From Lama guanicoe (taxonomy: Eukaryota), in NCBI GenBank assembly GCA_013239625.1, contig MU053557.1, forward strand, positions 4,370,123 through 4,434,122: 64,000 nt of DNA, given 5' to 3'. Below, piece after piece: positions 25,579-38,880 of the stretch. Position numbers and translations under genes: made by a program. Every line of letters starts with the position of its first letter. Within the stretch, counting starts at the first letter, position 1. Below the pieces are notes generated by a model. The model did not search any database. It was given only the letters and a program-made list of their open reading frames with translations, and was not told the DNA's origin.

Positions 25579-26799
25579 ATTTCTCTTCCTGTCTCTCTTA
25601 GTCCTTTGGTGGAGGGAGAGGTGCTGATAGGTGAAGAGAGAAAATTTCAAAACTCCAGCTAAGGATCTATGCTCTGACCTGCAATTTGAAAATATTCTCA
25701 TGGTTTCCGTGTGTTGCACGCTTGCTTTGTGCCTGACGGGAGCTAAGTGATTTAACTCACTTATTTCTCACAAGAACCCCATGGATCAGCTATTTTTTCC
25801 CACATTACAGAATAGCAAACTGAGGCTCAGTGTGGCCTGTCTAAAAAGTCACACAGCTAACAGGCAGCAGGAAAAATGTCAAGACCAGGTGTGGGCTCTT
25901 CACCTCCACATGAGTATTTCTGTCTGGTGAGCCCAATTTATGCTGGGTTTATTGTAATCTGTCAGGGCATGGGGCAGAAATAAAGCTTGAGAACCCTTGC
26001 TCTGTGCTTTGCCCCTTGTTGGTTTGTTATCCCAGAATCACTGACTACCAGGGTTGGAAGAGATCATCAAGATAATCTACCTAAGGAGATACTAATCTGC
26101 TAATCATACAAATAAATGATTAGGGCAACTATAGGAAGTACTCTGATGCAAAGCGATACATAATTGCGGAACAGACCTGGCCTGGGGTCAGCAGAAGCTT
26201 GTCCAAGGGGCAGATGAGTAGGAGTTAGTGGGTAGAGTAGAAGGAAGATGTTACAAGCAGAGAGCTCCTTAAGGTGGCAGGAAGGGGCAACTTGACCCAG
26301 GCTGGCTCTGTAGAGGGATTTCCTAGGGTTGGCAGAAACCTACTACAGAAAGGGACACAGGATACAGGAATGTGGAAGTCCTGTAGGGGTGAGGAGAAGT
26401 GACTGTCATAAAATCACAGAACCCCATCCAATCCCATCTCTCATTTTATAGAGGAAGAAACAGACCCAGAGAAATTACTTATTCCAAGACATACAACTAG
26501 GGGATCACACGGGTGGTATGAGAACTCGGATATCCCATTCCTGTATCAATATTTCCTGGTACAATGCCACCTCCTCCAGGTTCCCTGGAATTGCCTGACC
26601 CTCCCTTTATCCCAGAAGGAGTCCCTCAACCCTTGGAGCTTTCCACTTTTCCCTAAAGAGTGGTGAGGATGCTGTTCTAAGTCCTTGTGTACCCTGAACA
26701 CTACTCACGGACCATGCCACCCAAAAAAAGGGGATTCATGTCTGGGCTCAAGTACTGGATCAGGAACCAAGAACACCAAAATAACTTATGAACACAGAA

Positions 26800-26990
26800 G
26801 TTCCAAAATGGTAGTCTGCAGCTGGGACCTGATTCACAGGTGTGTTTTGTTTGGCCAAACAATGTTTTCAGATATTTGTGAAATGTATTGCCACTGTTTA
26901 AAAATCAGATTTCATATGAAATTTAGATCTTTGGCCTGAATGCCTGCATGAGAACAATTACCTGGAGCTGCTGTGTACCCCTGCCCACCT
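26800..26990 (+). mobile_element. MER102-like hAT element
   Basis: 'cacaggtgtgttttgtttggcc...ttaaaaatcagatttcatatgaaatttagat'. Confidence 0.6.
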
Positions 26991-29229
26991 GTCCACTGTG
27001 TTCCACCCACGAACTCTGCTGACCAGAGAGCAGCAGACCCAGAGCACTGCGTGCCTGACCTGTCCTGCCCCACCCTCACCTGCCTGGTTCCACAAAAGCC
27101 CTTCAAAGATCTGCAGACAGTGACCTTGTAATGGCCCCTCATGTCTTCTGCCTGCAAGTGGAACCCCAATGCCAGTTTCTTCCGTTGTCCCTTGTCTGAT
27201 TCAGGCAGCAGTCTCCTGCCTGTCCGGTCACCTTCCCTCTGGCCACAGTCCCCTAGGTCTGTGTCCCTCTTAAAGGGATACATTTAGAACCCAGAACAAT
27301 GCTCCCCAGCGGGGCTGACCCAAGCAAAGGATATAAAGAAAGTCTCTATATTACATACCATTAGCTTTCAACCAGTAACCAGACCAGCAAGCAAGAGGTC
27401 AATGCAAACTGAAAGAAGCCTCACAACAAATTCGGTTCTCTATTTTGACTCCAGCTAAACAGAATAACCCCTGGGGAAGAACATCAAATCATTTCCTGAG
27501 ACTCTACACAGCAAACCTGGAACAATGTGGGAGGAATGACAAACATCTTGAAACACTTTTTCATTTATAAGTATAAGCAGTGAGAAGAATCTAAGGAAAA
27601 TACTTATAAAAGCTCTTGCAAATGACAGCGATCTAACTGGCTGTTTGAGGTTACTGCAGGTTCTCCCTGCTCCCGGAAGTGAACCCAGGTAGACTCCTTT
27701 TGCCCTCTGAGGTTAAAACTGCAAGGGTAGAAAAGCAAGAAAGTTAATGGTGCCACAGAAAAAAAAAAAAAACACTGGCCCGGGCATGTGCTGCTCTGGG
27801 GACTTTCCTCCAATCTGCTTCTGACTGTTGAGAGCTCTGAGGTAGGTCACTTAACTCCCTGGGCCTCAGTTGCCACATTCACATGATGAGATCGTTGAAT
27901 CAGGTTGGAGATTCACAAACTAGGGCAGCGCATCCATGACACGGGTCATGTATGTTATGGTGCTTCCCAGTCTTTTCTCCACACACAGGTTCCCTGGAAT
28001 GGTGATCATTTACTTAATGCTCCCTTAGAACTGACTTCAATTCTAGTCGTAATTATTCCCTCATCCTAGGACACATACAATATTGCAGATATGATATGTT
28101 AATTATGATTTCATTATATATTAGAATAATTACTCAGGAATGAAAACTAAATATTTGTCCATGGACCATCTAAAATCATCTTCTTTGTGTACAGCACCTT
28201 GGGGACATCAAATTTGGGGTTCATGGATGGACTGCAGGAAGCCCTTGAATACACTGAAATGTTGTGTGTGGGAGAGGGGTGATTTCGTGGGGAGAGATTT
28301 CATTAATTTGGTGTGATTCCCAAAGTTCCACCTGTTGCATAAAAAACCTCAGAACCATTGTCTCCATTTGGAACACTAAGAACCTCCTGTCAGTTCTTGA
28401 GAAGGGACGGGGCAAAATTGACGGCAGTTTCTAAATAGCCTGCCTGGGACTCTCTTGGGCAAGTTTTCTCCCATCCTCCTTCTTAAAGGTCTTCTAACTG
28501 ATTGAAGAAACACCATTCAGTTACTTGGTGCGGGGTGGGGAGTCGGGGGCCTTCTCTGGGCCTGAGCCTGGGAATTCGATAGGACACAGCCTAATCCTGG
28601 TTCCTTCTAAGCCCTGGGCTTAGAGATGCTGGAATGACACCCTGGAGAAAGGAGTAGGGCTTTGCTTAAAGTGATTTCATAAACACTTGGTAAAAACCCA
28701 CAAAACCAGAATCACGCCACACACAGCTTCAGCAGATAATTCCTTTCTCTCCAGAGGACTCAGAAGTTCAATTCTGTGGGACTGTTACAGGGAGAGGGGC
28801 AAGAATTATAAATGCTCTTCCTCCAGCATTGCTTTGCCTAGAGGAACTCCCTGCTATTTCTCCACCTGTTTGCTTTGCAGCTTGCCAAACTTCCATATGG
28901 CTGACCTGAATTGTTAAATGGCTTTGATGGTCTGGCTATAGAAAAAGACCCATGACTTTCTCAGGCCCTGAAAGTGAGGAAGTAAGCAGACCAAATATAT
29001 CACATAGTAGCCTCGATCCTGCCCTATAGTAACTGGACAGGGGCTTCCAAGAGGAGAGGCAGAGTTATTCATCAAAGAGCAGCCAGTGGACATGCAGTAA
29101 GTGTTGAACAAATGAATGACCACTACTGCGCAGGGCAGTTATATGTCCCACATACAGGGATGGAAAAGGTAATCAAGGGAACTTCATAGTAGAGGTGATA
29201 TTTGAATGAAGCCTTGGGGTGGGGTATAA

Positions 29230-29460
29230 TCTCAACAGCACAGGAAGATGCTATAATGTGGTTAAACACAGGGGTTCTGGAGTCTGGTGTCTGGTTAGTT
29301 TTGAATTCTGACACTACCATGTGCCCCATGTGCAAATTTCTTAACCTCTTTAAGCCTGAGAGTCCTTACTTAAAAAATAAGGGTAAGGACTATACAAGAG
29401 CATGAAATGAGAAAAACCACACAGAACACTTAGCACAGAGCTTCAGCTAATGCTCCTCGT
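29230..29460 (+). mobile_element. MIR SINE
   Basis: 'gtggttaaacacaggggttctggagtc...gcaaatttcttaacctctttaagcct...cacttagcacagag'. Confidence 0.75.
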
Positions 29461-30339
29461 GGTCCTCATCAGCACTGTCAGCATCATCCTCAGAGAGGAA
29501 AGTGGGGTGCACATTCCACGGGGAGGGACTTGAGTGAGTGGAGCACGGAAGAGGCAGCCAGTTTGCCTAGGGTGTCCATCATGTCCAGCATGATCAGTCC
29601 ATCTGAGTTACTCTCAGCTGAAGCTTGCAATCCTGCTCACAGATTTCAGAAGGGCACACAGAAGGAAAGATTGACCCCTTTGCCCTTCTTGGCAAGCTTT
29701 GTTCTGATTGGCTGCATTGCCCCATGATATAGGGTGGCCCCGCTCTGCAGTTCCTCTTCTAACTGTGGGGCACTTGGCATCAGGACAGAGCCTCCAGGAT
29801 CCAGCCATGGGAGGCTCCTGCATCTGCAGCCCCCGGAAGCAGATCCCTCTCATTGGTGCATCTCCTTTGGAGAGAGCTGAACAAGGAAGCCCAAAAGCTT
29901 CAGTGTCAATCAACATCAAAGGAGTCAGGATGCAGGAAGAGCCACAGAATTGCAAGAGAATGAACTTTTTCTCCTGGGCCAGTCCAGCTAGGCCTGCATA
30001 TCTCTGGAGCAGGCGTCCCTCAGTGCCATGGTTCCTGGTGGTGCCACGGTTCCTGGTGGATCCTGTTCATCCCTCGTATGTTTATTATCACTCCCCTCTC
30101 CATGAATCAGACTCGGCTGCTTTACAGTTTCTTCATTGCACTGGTATTAAGTCACGGCAGTGTTACATCTACTATCAGGATAGTGCTGGCCACATAGTAA
30201 ACACTCGGTGAGTATTTGCCGAAAGTTGGAAGAATGCATGAATGAGTATCCGCAGTGCCTGGCACATAATAAATGTTCCGTAAATGGTTGTCAAATGGTG
30301 AGAGTTTGCCTCTCTGGCTGGGGTACAGGGATGAGGATG

Positions 30340-31090
30340 GTGTGGGAGAATATTTTGTTTAGGGAAGGCTTCCTGGAGGTGGCTTTTGAGCTAGGTCTTA
30401 AAAAATGGAGAGAAGTCCCACAAGGAAGGCTGAGCAGTGGAGCATTCCAAACACAAGGGACAAATATTTAGATGGGACAAGCACTGGGACCCTTGAGAAA
30501 TTGGGAATTGCTTCCTTGGCTGGAGGAATGGAAAGGTAAAGAGGAAGCTATGCCTGGAGAAGCTTCCCCAATATCACAGAGCATCCCGGCGGCCATGCTA
30601 AAGGAGGGGATCCTGCCTCCACCAGGCAGTGGAGGCCAGTGATGGTCCTTAAGGCAGGGAGTGATGTGATCTGATCAACGCTTTAAGCAGATTCACATGG
30701 CAATGCCTTGCAGAGTGGACTTGAGGTGGAAAAGGAAACACAAAGATCTGAAACCAGAAACATAGAAAACACATGAAAGGGGTTCAGTGTATCATTGGTT
30801 GTTGATTTAAAACAATGAGCAGGAAAGGGTAGAGTCAGAGATGAAGTGCAAGTGCCTTCATGGCACATTGAAAGAGGAGAATGCCACTGCAGCCTGAGCA
30901 GAGAGAGAAGTCAGAAGGAGGAACAGAAGGGGTTGGGAGTCTGGAGAGCAGAAGAATGCAACGGCTGCTCTTGCCTGTTAGTCTGATTCTCCATTTGGTG
31001 AAAGCTTGTGGACATACAAGTGGCAAAGTCTCACTGGCTGTTTGTTGAGAGCAGAGCTTGAAACTCCTCATGTAGATAAGGGCTGGAGAA
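30340..31090 (-). mobile_element. L2 LINE fragments
   Basis: 'agggaaggcttcctggaggtggcttttgagctaggtcttaaa', 'ttaaggcagggagtgatgtgatctgat', 'gtggacatacaagtgg'. Confidence 0.7.
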
Positions 31091-31409
31091 AGTCTGAGTT
31101 AACTCCCTGAAAGCCATCCCCATGGGCAAAGTCTGCCTAGGCCTTGGAATCAGCGTAGTTCACAGAGTTAGATCAATCTGACCTCTAATCCCGGCTCTGC
31201 TTCTTCTTATGTGTATGACCTTAGGCAGATCTCTTAACTCAACTCTATTTTTAATTTATAAAATGGAAAAAATAATAAGTGGACCTTCCAGTGCTTTACT
31301 GAGAATTAAATAACATACACATGAAGTTCTTAGATGGTGCCTGCTAGTGGTAGAATACTCCATGTACATAAACAATTATCAATACCGTCTTGTTATTTTT
31401 ACTTAAGAT

Positions 31410-31720
31410 AGAGGTTGCAAATACAAGTGCACATAAGGGCCCAACTGGGAAGAGAACGAGATTAAGCCAGTTCTCCCTCTAAAAGTAAGGGTAACTATCC
31501 ACCTTCAGAGATTACTGCCCCAGGGGGACGGGGGTCTAGGTCATCAGACTTGCAATTTTTCAGAAGAAGCCAGAAATCTAGACTTTTGAGGGCTGAAATT
31601 TCCCATTTTAAAAATGTTGACTCTAAATTTATATCACAAAATACTGTGACATCCCACAGTATATAAACCAAAAAAAAAAAAAATGTCTGTGGGGCTGGTA
31701 CAGCCACTTGTGAAATCTGA
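31410..31720 (-). mobile_element. MER102-like hAT element
   Basis: 'agaggttgcaaa...tttttcagaagaagccagaaatctagacttt...gaaatttcccattttaaaaatgttg'. Confidence 0.7.
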
Positions 31721-31815
31721 TTTGACAGGCTTCCAGCTTCATGCAGAAGTCTGGGTGCTCCTTTGAAGATGGAGCTGCCACTTCCTCCTCCTGAGATATT
31801 GGGCCCCAAACTCAC

Positions 31816-32037
31816 CAGCATGTAAAAAGAAGGGCTTACAGAGGAGAAGCTGATCCCCCAGCCCCTCAGTTCTGAGATCTGAGTTATCTGATGATACAGA
31901 GTCTGGTGTTGACACTATTGCGGAGATGAGCAGTGGGAGGGGTCCAGGGCTGGGTGAGCTGCCAGGGAGGCCAGGGGAGAAGTCCATGGTTATTTACCTG
32001 CTACGAAAAAGACAAGCAGGAGAGGTGGCGAGGCTGG
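31816..32037 (-). other. Candidate exon of an unidentified minus-strand transcript
   Basis: Minus strand: branch-like tttaac, acceptor tgcttttttcctctccAG (AG at 32039-32038), second acceptor tttttcgTAGCAG, Kozak accATGG at 31987, open frame to strong donor CTG|gtgagt (exon end 31816). No homology recognised. Confidence 0.35.
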
Positions 32038-32131
32038 CTGGAGAGGAAAAAAGCAGGGTATCTGGCCTGACTAGTTAAACCACTTTACTAAGAACCACAG
32101 CTGAACTAGAACTACAGCTGAGCCGAACCAA

Positions 32132-32210
32132 GTCTGAATCTGAGTCTGAGTCTGCGAGTGCGTGTGTGTGAGTCTGTGTATGTGTGTCTGTGTGTGTGTG
32201 TGTGTGTGTG
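32132..32210. repeat. (GAGTCT)n grading into an imperfect (TG)n microsatellite
   Basis: 'gtctgaatctgagtctgagtctgcgagtgcgtgtgtgtgagtctgtgtatgtgtgtctgtgtgtg...'. Confidence 0.85.
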
Positions 32211-34269
32211 CATGCTGGGGAAGCATGGGGAGAACAGGCCTGAGCGTAAATCTGCTTCATCTGTTTGCTTTTCTCAAGTTTGTTCCTGTGTGAACAGACC
32301 TTTCTAATCCTCCGTACTAACAGAGAAGGAAATATTAGCTGTAGCTCTGTTTCCAGAAACCTTCACAGATCCCTTCTCCCTGACAACCCATGACCCCAGG
32401 TTCCCAGTGCCAGAATCTGCAACCAAGTCTCTGGGTTCTAGAACCCAGAGTGGAGAATCCTAGCAGACCAGCCTATATATTAAGACCCTCCAGTAAGCTC
32501 AGACCCTCGTGCCAAGGGACATCTAGGCATTCCAGGGCCTGCGTTGCAAAGACAGGCAGGTCAATGCATGCCCAGCGGGGACAGAGGAAACACTGCCATT
32601 GTCCCAGAAGACTGAGGCGGGGATGCTGGGAAGGCTGGATCAACTTTCAGCAAGGTGCTTGGTTAGCCCAAGGTGAGGATTGGGTTTCCTCTGCTTTGCT
32701 GGGGTACTTGACGTTGATTCATGTTTACTTTCTACCTCCGAGCAGATGTATCCTGTACCTCTGTGACCCATGATAGTTTAGAAAAAGAGATTTGCAATCA
32801 TTTTTAGCAGCAGAACTCTTTCTTTAAAAGGACATCTTACACTAAACCCCAATATATAAAATATATTTCTAAATGGGTGATTAACATGTTCATTAGTCAG
32901 TTTGAATCTTTATTTTTTGGTGGCAAAGATACTATTACTTTCAAAATCTCAGAAATGCCTACAGGAGACGTGGAGGGTTCTTTGGAGCATGGTGTGAAAA
33001 ATTACAGATCAAGTCTCCCCTTTCTGTGATGTTAGGGTTCTGAGTGACCAGAGGTCACTATTTCGTCTTTCACAAAGTGAGATAAAAACACAAGATCACT
33101 GCCACTATGTTTCAGAAAGTGAGATTAAGATAACACAAGCATTTCACCACACTTCAGTAATTAAATTGGAATATAAGGGAGCTAGCATTGTGTTTTGAAG
33201 AAAGAATGGTGCAGGAAAAGGTCTGGACCCTGTGTGTTAGTTTGGGCCCTGGAGAGTTTTGGCTCTAGTCTTTGGAAAGTTAGCACTCATGGTGTGACAC
33301 CTGAGAAGTCCCTTCCTGTCTGTGGACTCAGAGTCCTCGTTCATGGAGGTCACTTCCCCTGAGGGTCTAGGCTGCGGCTGCTGCTCACTGTGTTTGAAGG
33401 TTGCATGATCACAAAACCACACAGGCACAGTAAATGTGGCACAGAATGGATGTAGCCCCTCTACACACCCACATTTACATATGACGATGAGTTCTATAGG
33501 GTGATTACAGACCAAACAATGCAAATGAACACTTGGTAGGTCTCAGGTGGTTCCAGGAGGTGCAGAAGAGCAGCAAATGAAGCCACGGTTATGCCCCCAA
33601 CCCTTGTAGCCAGACTTAGATGTCAGTCCTGACTGTATCAGTTACTAGCTCAGATTGTACCCAGACCTGGGTTCAGATCCCTTCTGTTCCACTGACAAGT
33701 AACTCTGTAAACCTTAGTTTTCACATTTATCAAACAGGGATGATAATTAAACCAGACATGTTTGTAAAACATGATAGTTAGCACTGTACTTAGAATACAA
33801 TAAACATCCAGGGAGAAAAAAATGATTCGGCCAAGAGTAAGGAAAATTTGGAGGAAATAGTTCTGGCTCTAGGTGAAGAATGTGGAGGCTGGATAATGCA
33901 CAGGAGTGAGGAGTGGGCAGGCACCCTGGCCATGCTCCCCTCCTGAGTGACCTCTAGAAGGGCTCTTCCCTTTTCGGGGCTATTGTCTCTCCATCTGTAC
34001 AAGGAGGATACTGCAACCCCACAGTTGGATTCTGGGTTTATGGTGGACTCTGAGCTCCCAGTTGGGAGAGATCTGGGAGTCAGTGTCCAGAGCCCCAACT
34101 AAATACCTTTAAGATCAGGTGTACATCAGGCATGAGTAAAATGAAACCCCCTTCTTGAATTGTGCTGTTTTCAATACAGTCACAAAATCGACCTATTAAA
34201 CATGAAGGAATATTCTTCATACCAAGAAAATGTACTCACTTCCACTTCTCTTGAACCACTGACAAATTT

Positions 34270-34540
34270 GAAGAGACTAGAGGGAAATGGGAGTAAACAG
34301 GGGCACTCAAGTCCCACCTAAAGGTGGCGTCCGCTATCCAGCAATAGTCGAGTGTTGCCAAACAGAATGAAGGTTCAGTGCCTCTAGGGCTTCCAAATTT
34401 TCAAAAGTTGGAAGTCAGTATTTTGTGTGTGTGTGAAATCTTCTGGTCATTAAGGCTGGCAAACAACTCAAAATCTTTTAAACACAATACTTCTGCAATG
34501 CGTAGATTAAGCTCACGGATGACATTTTGCAATTTCAGGG
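34270..34540 (-). mobile_element. MER102-like hAT element
   Basis: 'cacctaaaggtggcgtccgctatccagc...gttgcca...gtgaaatcttctgg...tggcaaacaactcaaa'. Confidence 0.6.
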
Positions 34541-35629
34541 GTAATCAGTTCCTAGAACATATCAGCAAGTGTTGGCTGCTGTGGTCCAATGCCACCTGCC
34601 TCCAATCCCCCAACAGAACATGGGTGTGTTACTCAATGGAATGCATGCTCGTCACATTTGGTAGAACCCAGGATGCATATCTGACCCAAAAGCAGCTCTC
34701 CGTGGCCACTGTTTTCAAACTTTAGGATCCATAAAAATCACTTGGGAATAAAAGTAGCTGAAGAATTTGGGTACATAAATCCCTCAGGCACCACCCTCAG
34801 AAATTCTGATTCAGCAGGCCTGAGATGAGCCTCAGGAATCTGCCCAGATGGTCCCTAGGCCTCCCTCTGGGAAATGATCTCAGGTCCAGCAAGGGACCAG
34901 TAAAACAGACTGTGGAAGTCCTGGCCAACGTGGACGCTTGGTGCTGAGGGTGATTAGCCAAACTGACTGCTGTAACTGAAAGGACACAGACCAAGGATAG
35001 CTGTGTCTTCCAGGGAGGGTGGACAGAGACCACCCATGTTACTCATTTACTAGGAGTTTATTTTAAGAATTTAAAGAGAAGTAAGGAAGATAAGAGACCA
35101 TCTGAGCCACAGAGCCAAACAGCATGGAATCAAGAATATTGTTCAGCCACTGGAATGTTTTCACTCCTAATGACTGTATTATCTCCTCTCTCCGTAAGCA
35201 GTGGGTATCTGTCACTGCCTTCTCTGAGTAAGAGCAGTGTTCTCTGCCTGACCCCTATCTTACTACTCTCTAAGAAGTAAGGTCTAATCAGTTCAGCCTG
35301 TCCCCAGCCAAGGCACAGTGCTCCTACTGGACAAAGCATACATACCTGGTATGTCTTTGGGTCAAGCTGCCATTCTGTCTCGTGTCGCCTATAGTTAGTG
35401 TAACAAGATCAGGTGATGCTAAGCATGCCAACCTATGTATCAGGAGCCTCCCAGAGGAAGATTGAGGGGCAGTAGGCTCCTTGCCTGGACCACCTGCTAT
35501 AATGGAGGTAAGGAAAGTAACCAAAATGGCCAAAGAAATAGAGGCTCTATGAGTCTGAAGGGACAGATGCTCCAATAGGAGCTTTCTGTCCTTGCTGGTG
35601 CCAGATGCTATACATGAAGAGCAGGCTAG

Positions 35630-35860
35630 CCCAGTGGGTGAGAGTACAGGCACTGGAGTCACACTGCTTGAGTTCTCATTCTAGCTCCACTGTTCTCTAG
35701 CTGCGTGACCTTGGGTAAGTTACTCAACCTCTCTGAACTTGAGCTTCCCAGTCTTTCAATGAGAATGATTATAATAACACCTCCCAAAGGGCTTGTGAGG
35801 GTTAAATGAAATCCTGGGTGTAAAGCATTTAGCACAGAGCCTGGTGTAGAGCAAAAGATA
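35630..35860 (+). mobile_element. MIR SINE (well preserved)
   Basis: 'ctagctgcgtgaccttgggtaagttactcaacctctctgaac...gtgagggttaaatga...gtaaagcatttagcacagagcctgg'. Confidence 0.9.
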
Positions 35861-36599
35861 ATATTTAATTTAATAGGAGAAAAGATAAAAAACCTACAGA
35901 GAGTTTCTCTCCACAGAAAACATCCTCAGAGAACAGAACAACACTGCAAGAGGAAACCCAGGTTCTGGGGAAACATGAGCTATTATTACTATTCTGCAAG
36001 TACAGAAAATAGATGTGGATTAGAGGATGTATGTGGTGTGTTGTGGGTGGAAGGGGAAATAGCACTGCATCAGCAGGACACCTGGGCGCGTGTCCCTACT
36101 TTGCCATTTTGTATCTAACCCTGTGACCAGCCATAAGCAAGGCCCTTCCTCTGCCTGGGCCCGACTTTCTCCATTTCTAAAATGAGGGGGTTGGGCCCTC
36201 TGCCCTCACAGGGCACTTTTCATTCTAAAACACTGGAATCTTGTGAGGATCAAGAACGGCAGAAGAAACAAAGATTTATTTAGTCAAGTAACTTCAGATT
36301 CTAGAATAGCTGTTTTTAAAGGGAAGCTTATCCCAAAAGGTAACTTTAGGCTGAAATAACATTCAGATTTGTTGGGATAAGAAGATCCAATAGGGACGAT
36401 AAGAATTGGCTTCAACAATGTGGAGGAGGGTATCACCTCAAAACAGGATTAAGCTAGTCCTGTTTGATCTGCGGGTGAAAGCAGACCCTGCCCCATTTCG
36501 TGGGTATCACTCTGGAAGTAGAGGTGTGTTCCCCCAGGTGGCTTCAGGGCACATTCTCACTTCACTCAGGTCTCTACTTAAACACACCCTCCTCACTCT

Positions 36600-36676
36600 A
36601 CAGCGGACTTTGACACAACATTGTAAAATGACTATAACTCAATAAAAAAAGTTTTAAAAAATCATAGATTAAAAAA
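36600..36676 (+). mobile_element. Extremely 5'-truncated L1 (about 60 nt of 3' terminus)
   Basis: 'tttgacacaacattgtaaaatgactataactcaataaaaaa' nearly matches 51430-51470; TSD aaacacaccctcctcactct (36580-36599) / aaacaaccctcctcagtct (36677-36695). Confidence 0.8.
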
Positions 36677-38539
36677 AAACAACCCTCCTCAGTCTCTCCT
36701 CTTAACCCTGTTCGTGAAGCTAAGCCTACCCTAATCTGTCACTTCTGTCACTCTCAAGGCCCTTAACCTAATACAGTGTGTCACACACAGCCTGACATCA
36801 CATTATGTACAGATTGACTCCCTCACAGGGCCACCAGCTTCACCTCCACTGGGGCAGAGCCTGTGTGTTTGTGTCTTTCACTGCTGAATCTCCAGCTCTT
36901 AAAACAGGGCCTTGAACATAGCAAATTCTCAATAAATATTTGGAGACAGAAAAGGAGGAGGAAGAAGAGAGGAAGAGTGGGAGGGGAAGTCATCCTACAA
37001 TATAACATTTCTCTTTTGTCCTGGCAAACAAACCCTGACGTTAAAGAATTAATTTCTAACTGTTAAAATTCAGAACTCAGCCTGCTAACGAGGAAAGGAA
37101 TTGGGGGAACAGTAATCATTCCCCTTATTCCTGCAAAGGTTCTGCTACGTGGAGACCTATTAGAGGGGAGTGGGGTCACTGCCTCGGGGCAGGGAGCCCA
37201 CAGGAGGATGCAGACTTGAGAACAGGCATTCCACCTGGAGAAAGTCCTGACAAGGCTCTCCCCCTTGATTGTGGAGGCTGTTTGCTGGCTTTGCATGAAG
37301 CTTTGAAGGCTCGGACATTCAGGAACTGACCTGAAATTTCCCCTCTTCCGCATCCAGAAGGCCTGTAACTTTCAGGAACTTGATTGTCTAGGGAATATAA
37401 ACAAAAGAACAAAGGCAAAATCGACGCAGGCAAAACCGACACATTGGAAGGGAAGGAATCTCAGAGCGAACGGAGTATGAAACCTGCTTGGAATTGAAAC
37501 ACCACCCAGAGTGGCATGCAGAAGAAACACCATCACAAACCCCAGGGAAGGGTCCTGAGAAACCAATGGAATTCTATCCTGGTTTTCATTTTATGTTCAC
37601 AAGAATTTCACAGAAGGGTCAGGTGTCCCAGAGCGTGGACTTCTCTTTACAAAGCAACCTTGGCTGCCATGTGTGCCTCCATCTGCTCTCAGACAGCAGA
37701 ACCCAGGCAGGCTCGCTCTATTTATCAGATATTGTCTCTTTTTGGAGAGTGCCGTGAAGCAAACCTCAGCGGCCTGGGGGCAAGCACAGCATTTTTACTT
37801 TTTGGGCAGTGTGATTTTGGCAAATTTCCTCCCCACTGCAGGACTCAGTTTCTCCCTCTGTAGAGAGAGATCTGGGCTGCATTTAGGCACCTTTTTCTCT
37901 GTTCCTTCAAATTTCCTTGTCAGCGGTCTCGAAGGCTTCAAGGAACTTTTCTGACCTGCTCTCTCTTCACATCTAACCCCTCCACATCTCCCTTTTTGCT
38001 GGCAGATAAATTGTTTCCAGCTTGATGGGGAATTGCATCCCCAGAATGGGAACCACTTTGAGTGTCAGTCACAGACACAGGGGTGAGAAGGGCTCTCACT
38101 GCTGGCTAGACCTCGGGTCACCTTTCCTCTATGGCACCAGGGCTAATGTGCTTACCCTTACTTTCTCCCTCTCTAGAATCAGTGACACCACTGCTTGCTT
38201 TGCCAAATTCCCCATCACAGCATTTGACAGTGGGGCACCCCAAAGGGGAAAAAGCTACCAAGAAGGTGAGAAGGTAAAACTCTCCCAGTATATGACTCTG
38301 GGGCTTGGAGAGCTCCCTCTCTGCTAAGTAGCATCAACTTCCTTCCCTATGAAATGGAAATTAGAACTCTGACTAGCTGACTCAGAGGGCTTTTGTGAGA
38401 CTCAGGTGGGAAAACAGATTTGGAGGAAATCTTTTAATTGCTGCTTACACCCTTGGGTCCAAGACTCTCAGTCATTGCTCTGATCTCCTGCCCCTCTGAC
38501 GTGCTGTTCCCTCACTGTGCCCATCCTGTTAGCCTAAAA

Positions 38540-38750
38540 AAGCAGTTTGAGCATGGGCTCTGGAGTCAGACTGCCGGGAGCTTTATACTGGCTCTCCTGA
38601 TTACCAGCTGTGTGATCTTCAGCAAATTAATTCACCTCTCTGATCTTCGTTCTCCTCATCTGAAAATGGAGATAAAACAGAACCTACCTCAAGGGTTGCT
38701 ATGAGGTAATGTATAAAAAAGCATCTGACCCAACACCTAAGACATACTAG
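38540..38750 (+). mobile_element. MIR SINE
   Basis: 'gagcatgggctctggagtcagactgc...accagctgtgtgatcttcagcaaattaattcacctctctg...ctcatctgaaaatggagat'. Confidence 0.85.
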
Positions 38751-38880
38751 TTCCTGTTGCTGTTAGTGTTCTCTCTTTAAAGACCCCCCCAACCTGTTGG
38801 TGACAGCCCAGCTATCACTGATAAGATCAGTGTAAGACTCAGCATAACTAATGAAACTACTGTACTAGGCATCCTGAAAA

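Noticed and set aside
29708..30211. 167-aa ORF
   Set aside because: No recognisable homology; it ends in L2-derived sequence.
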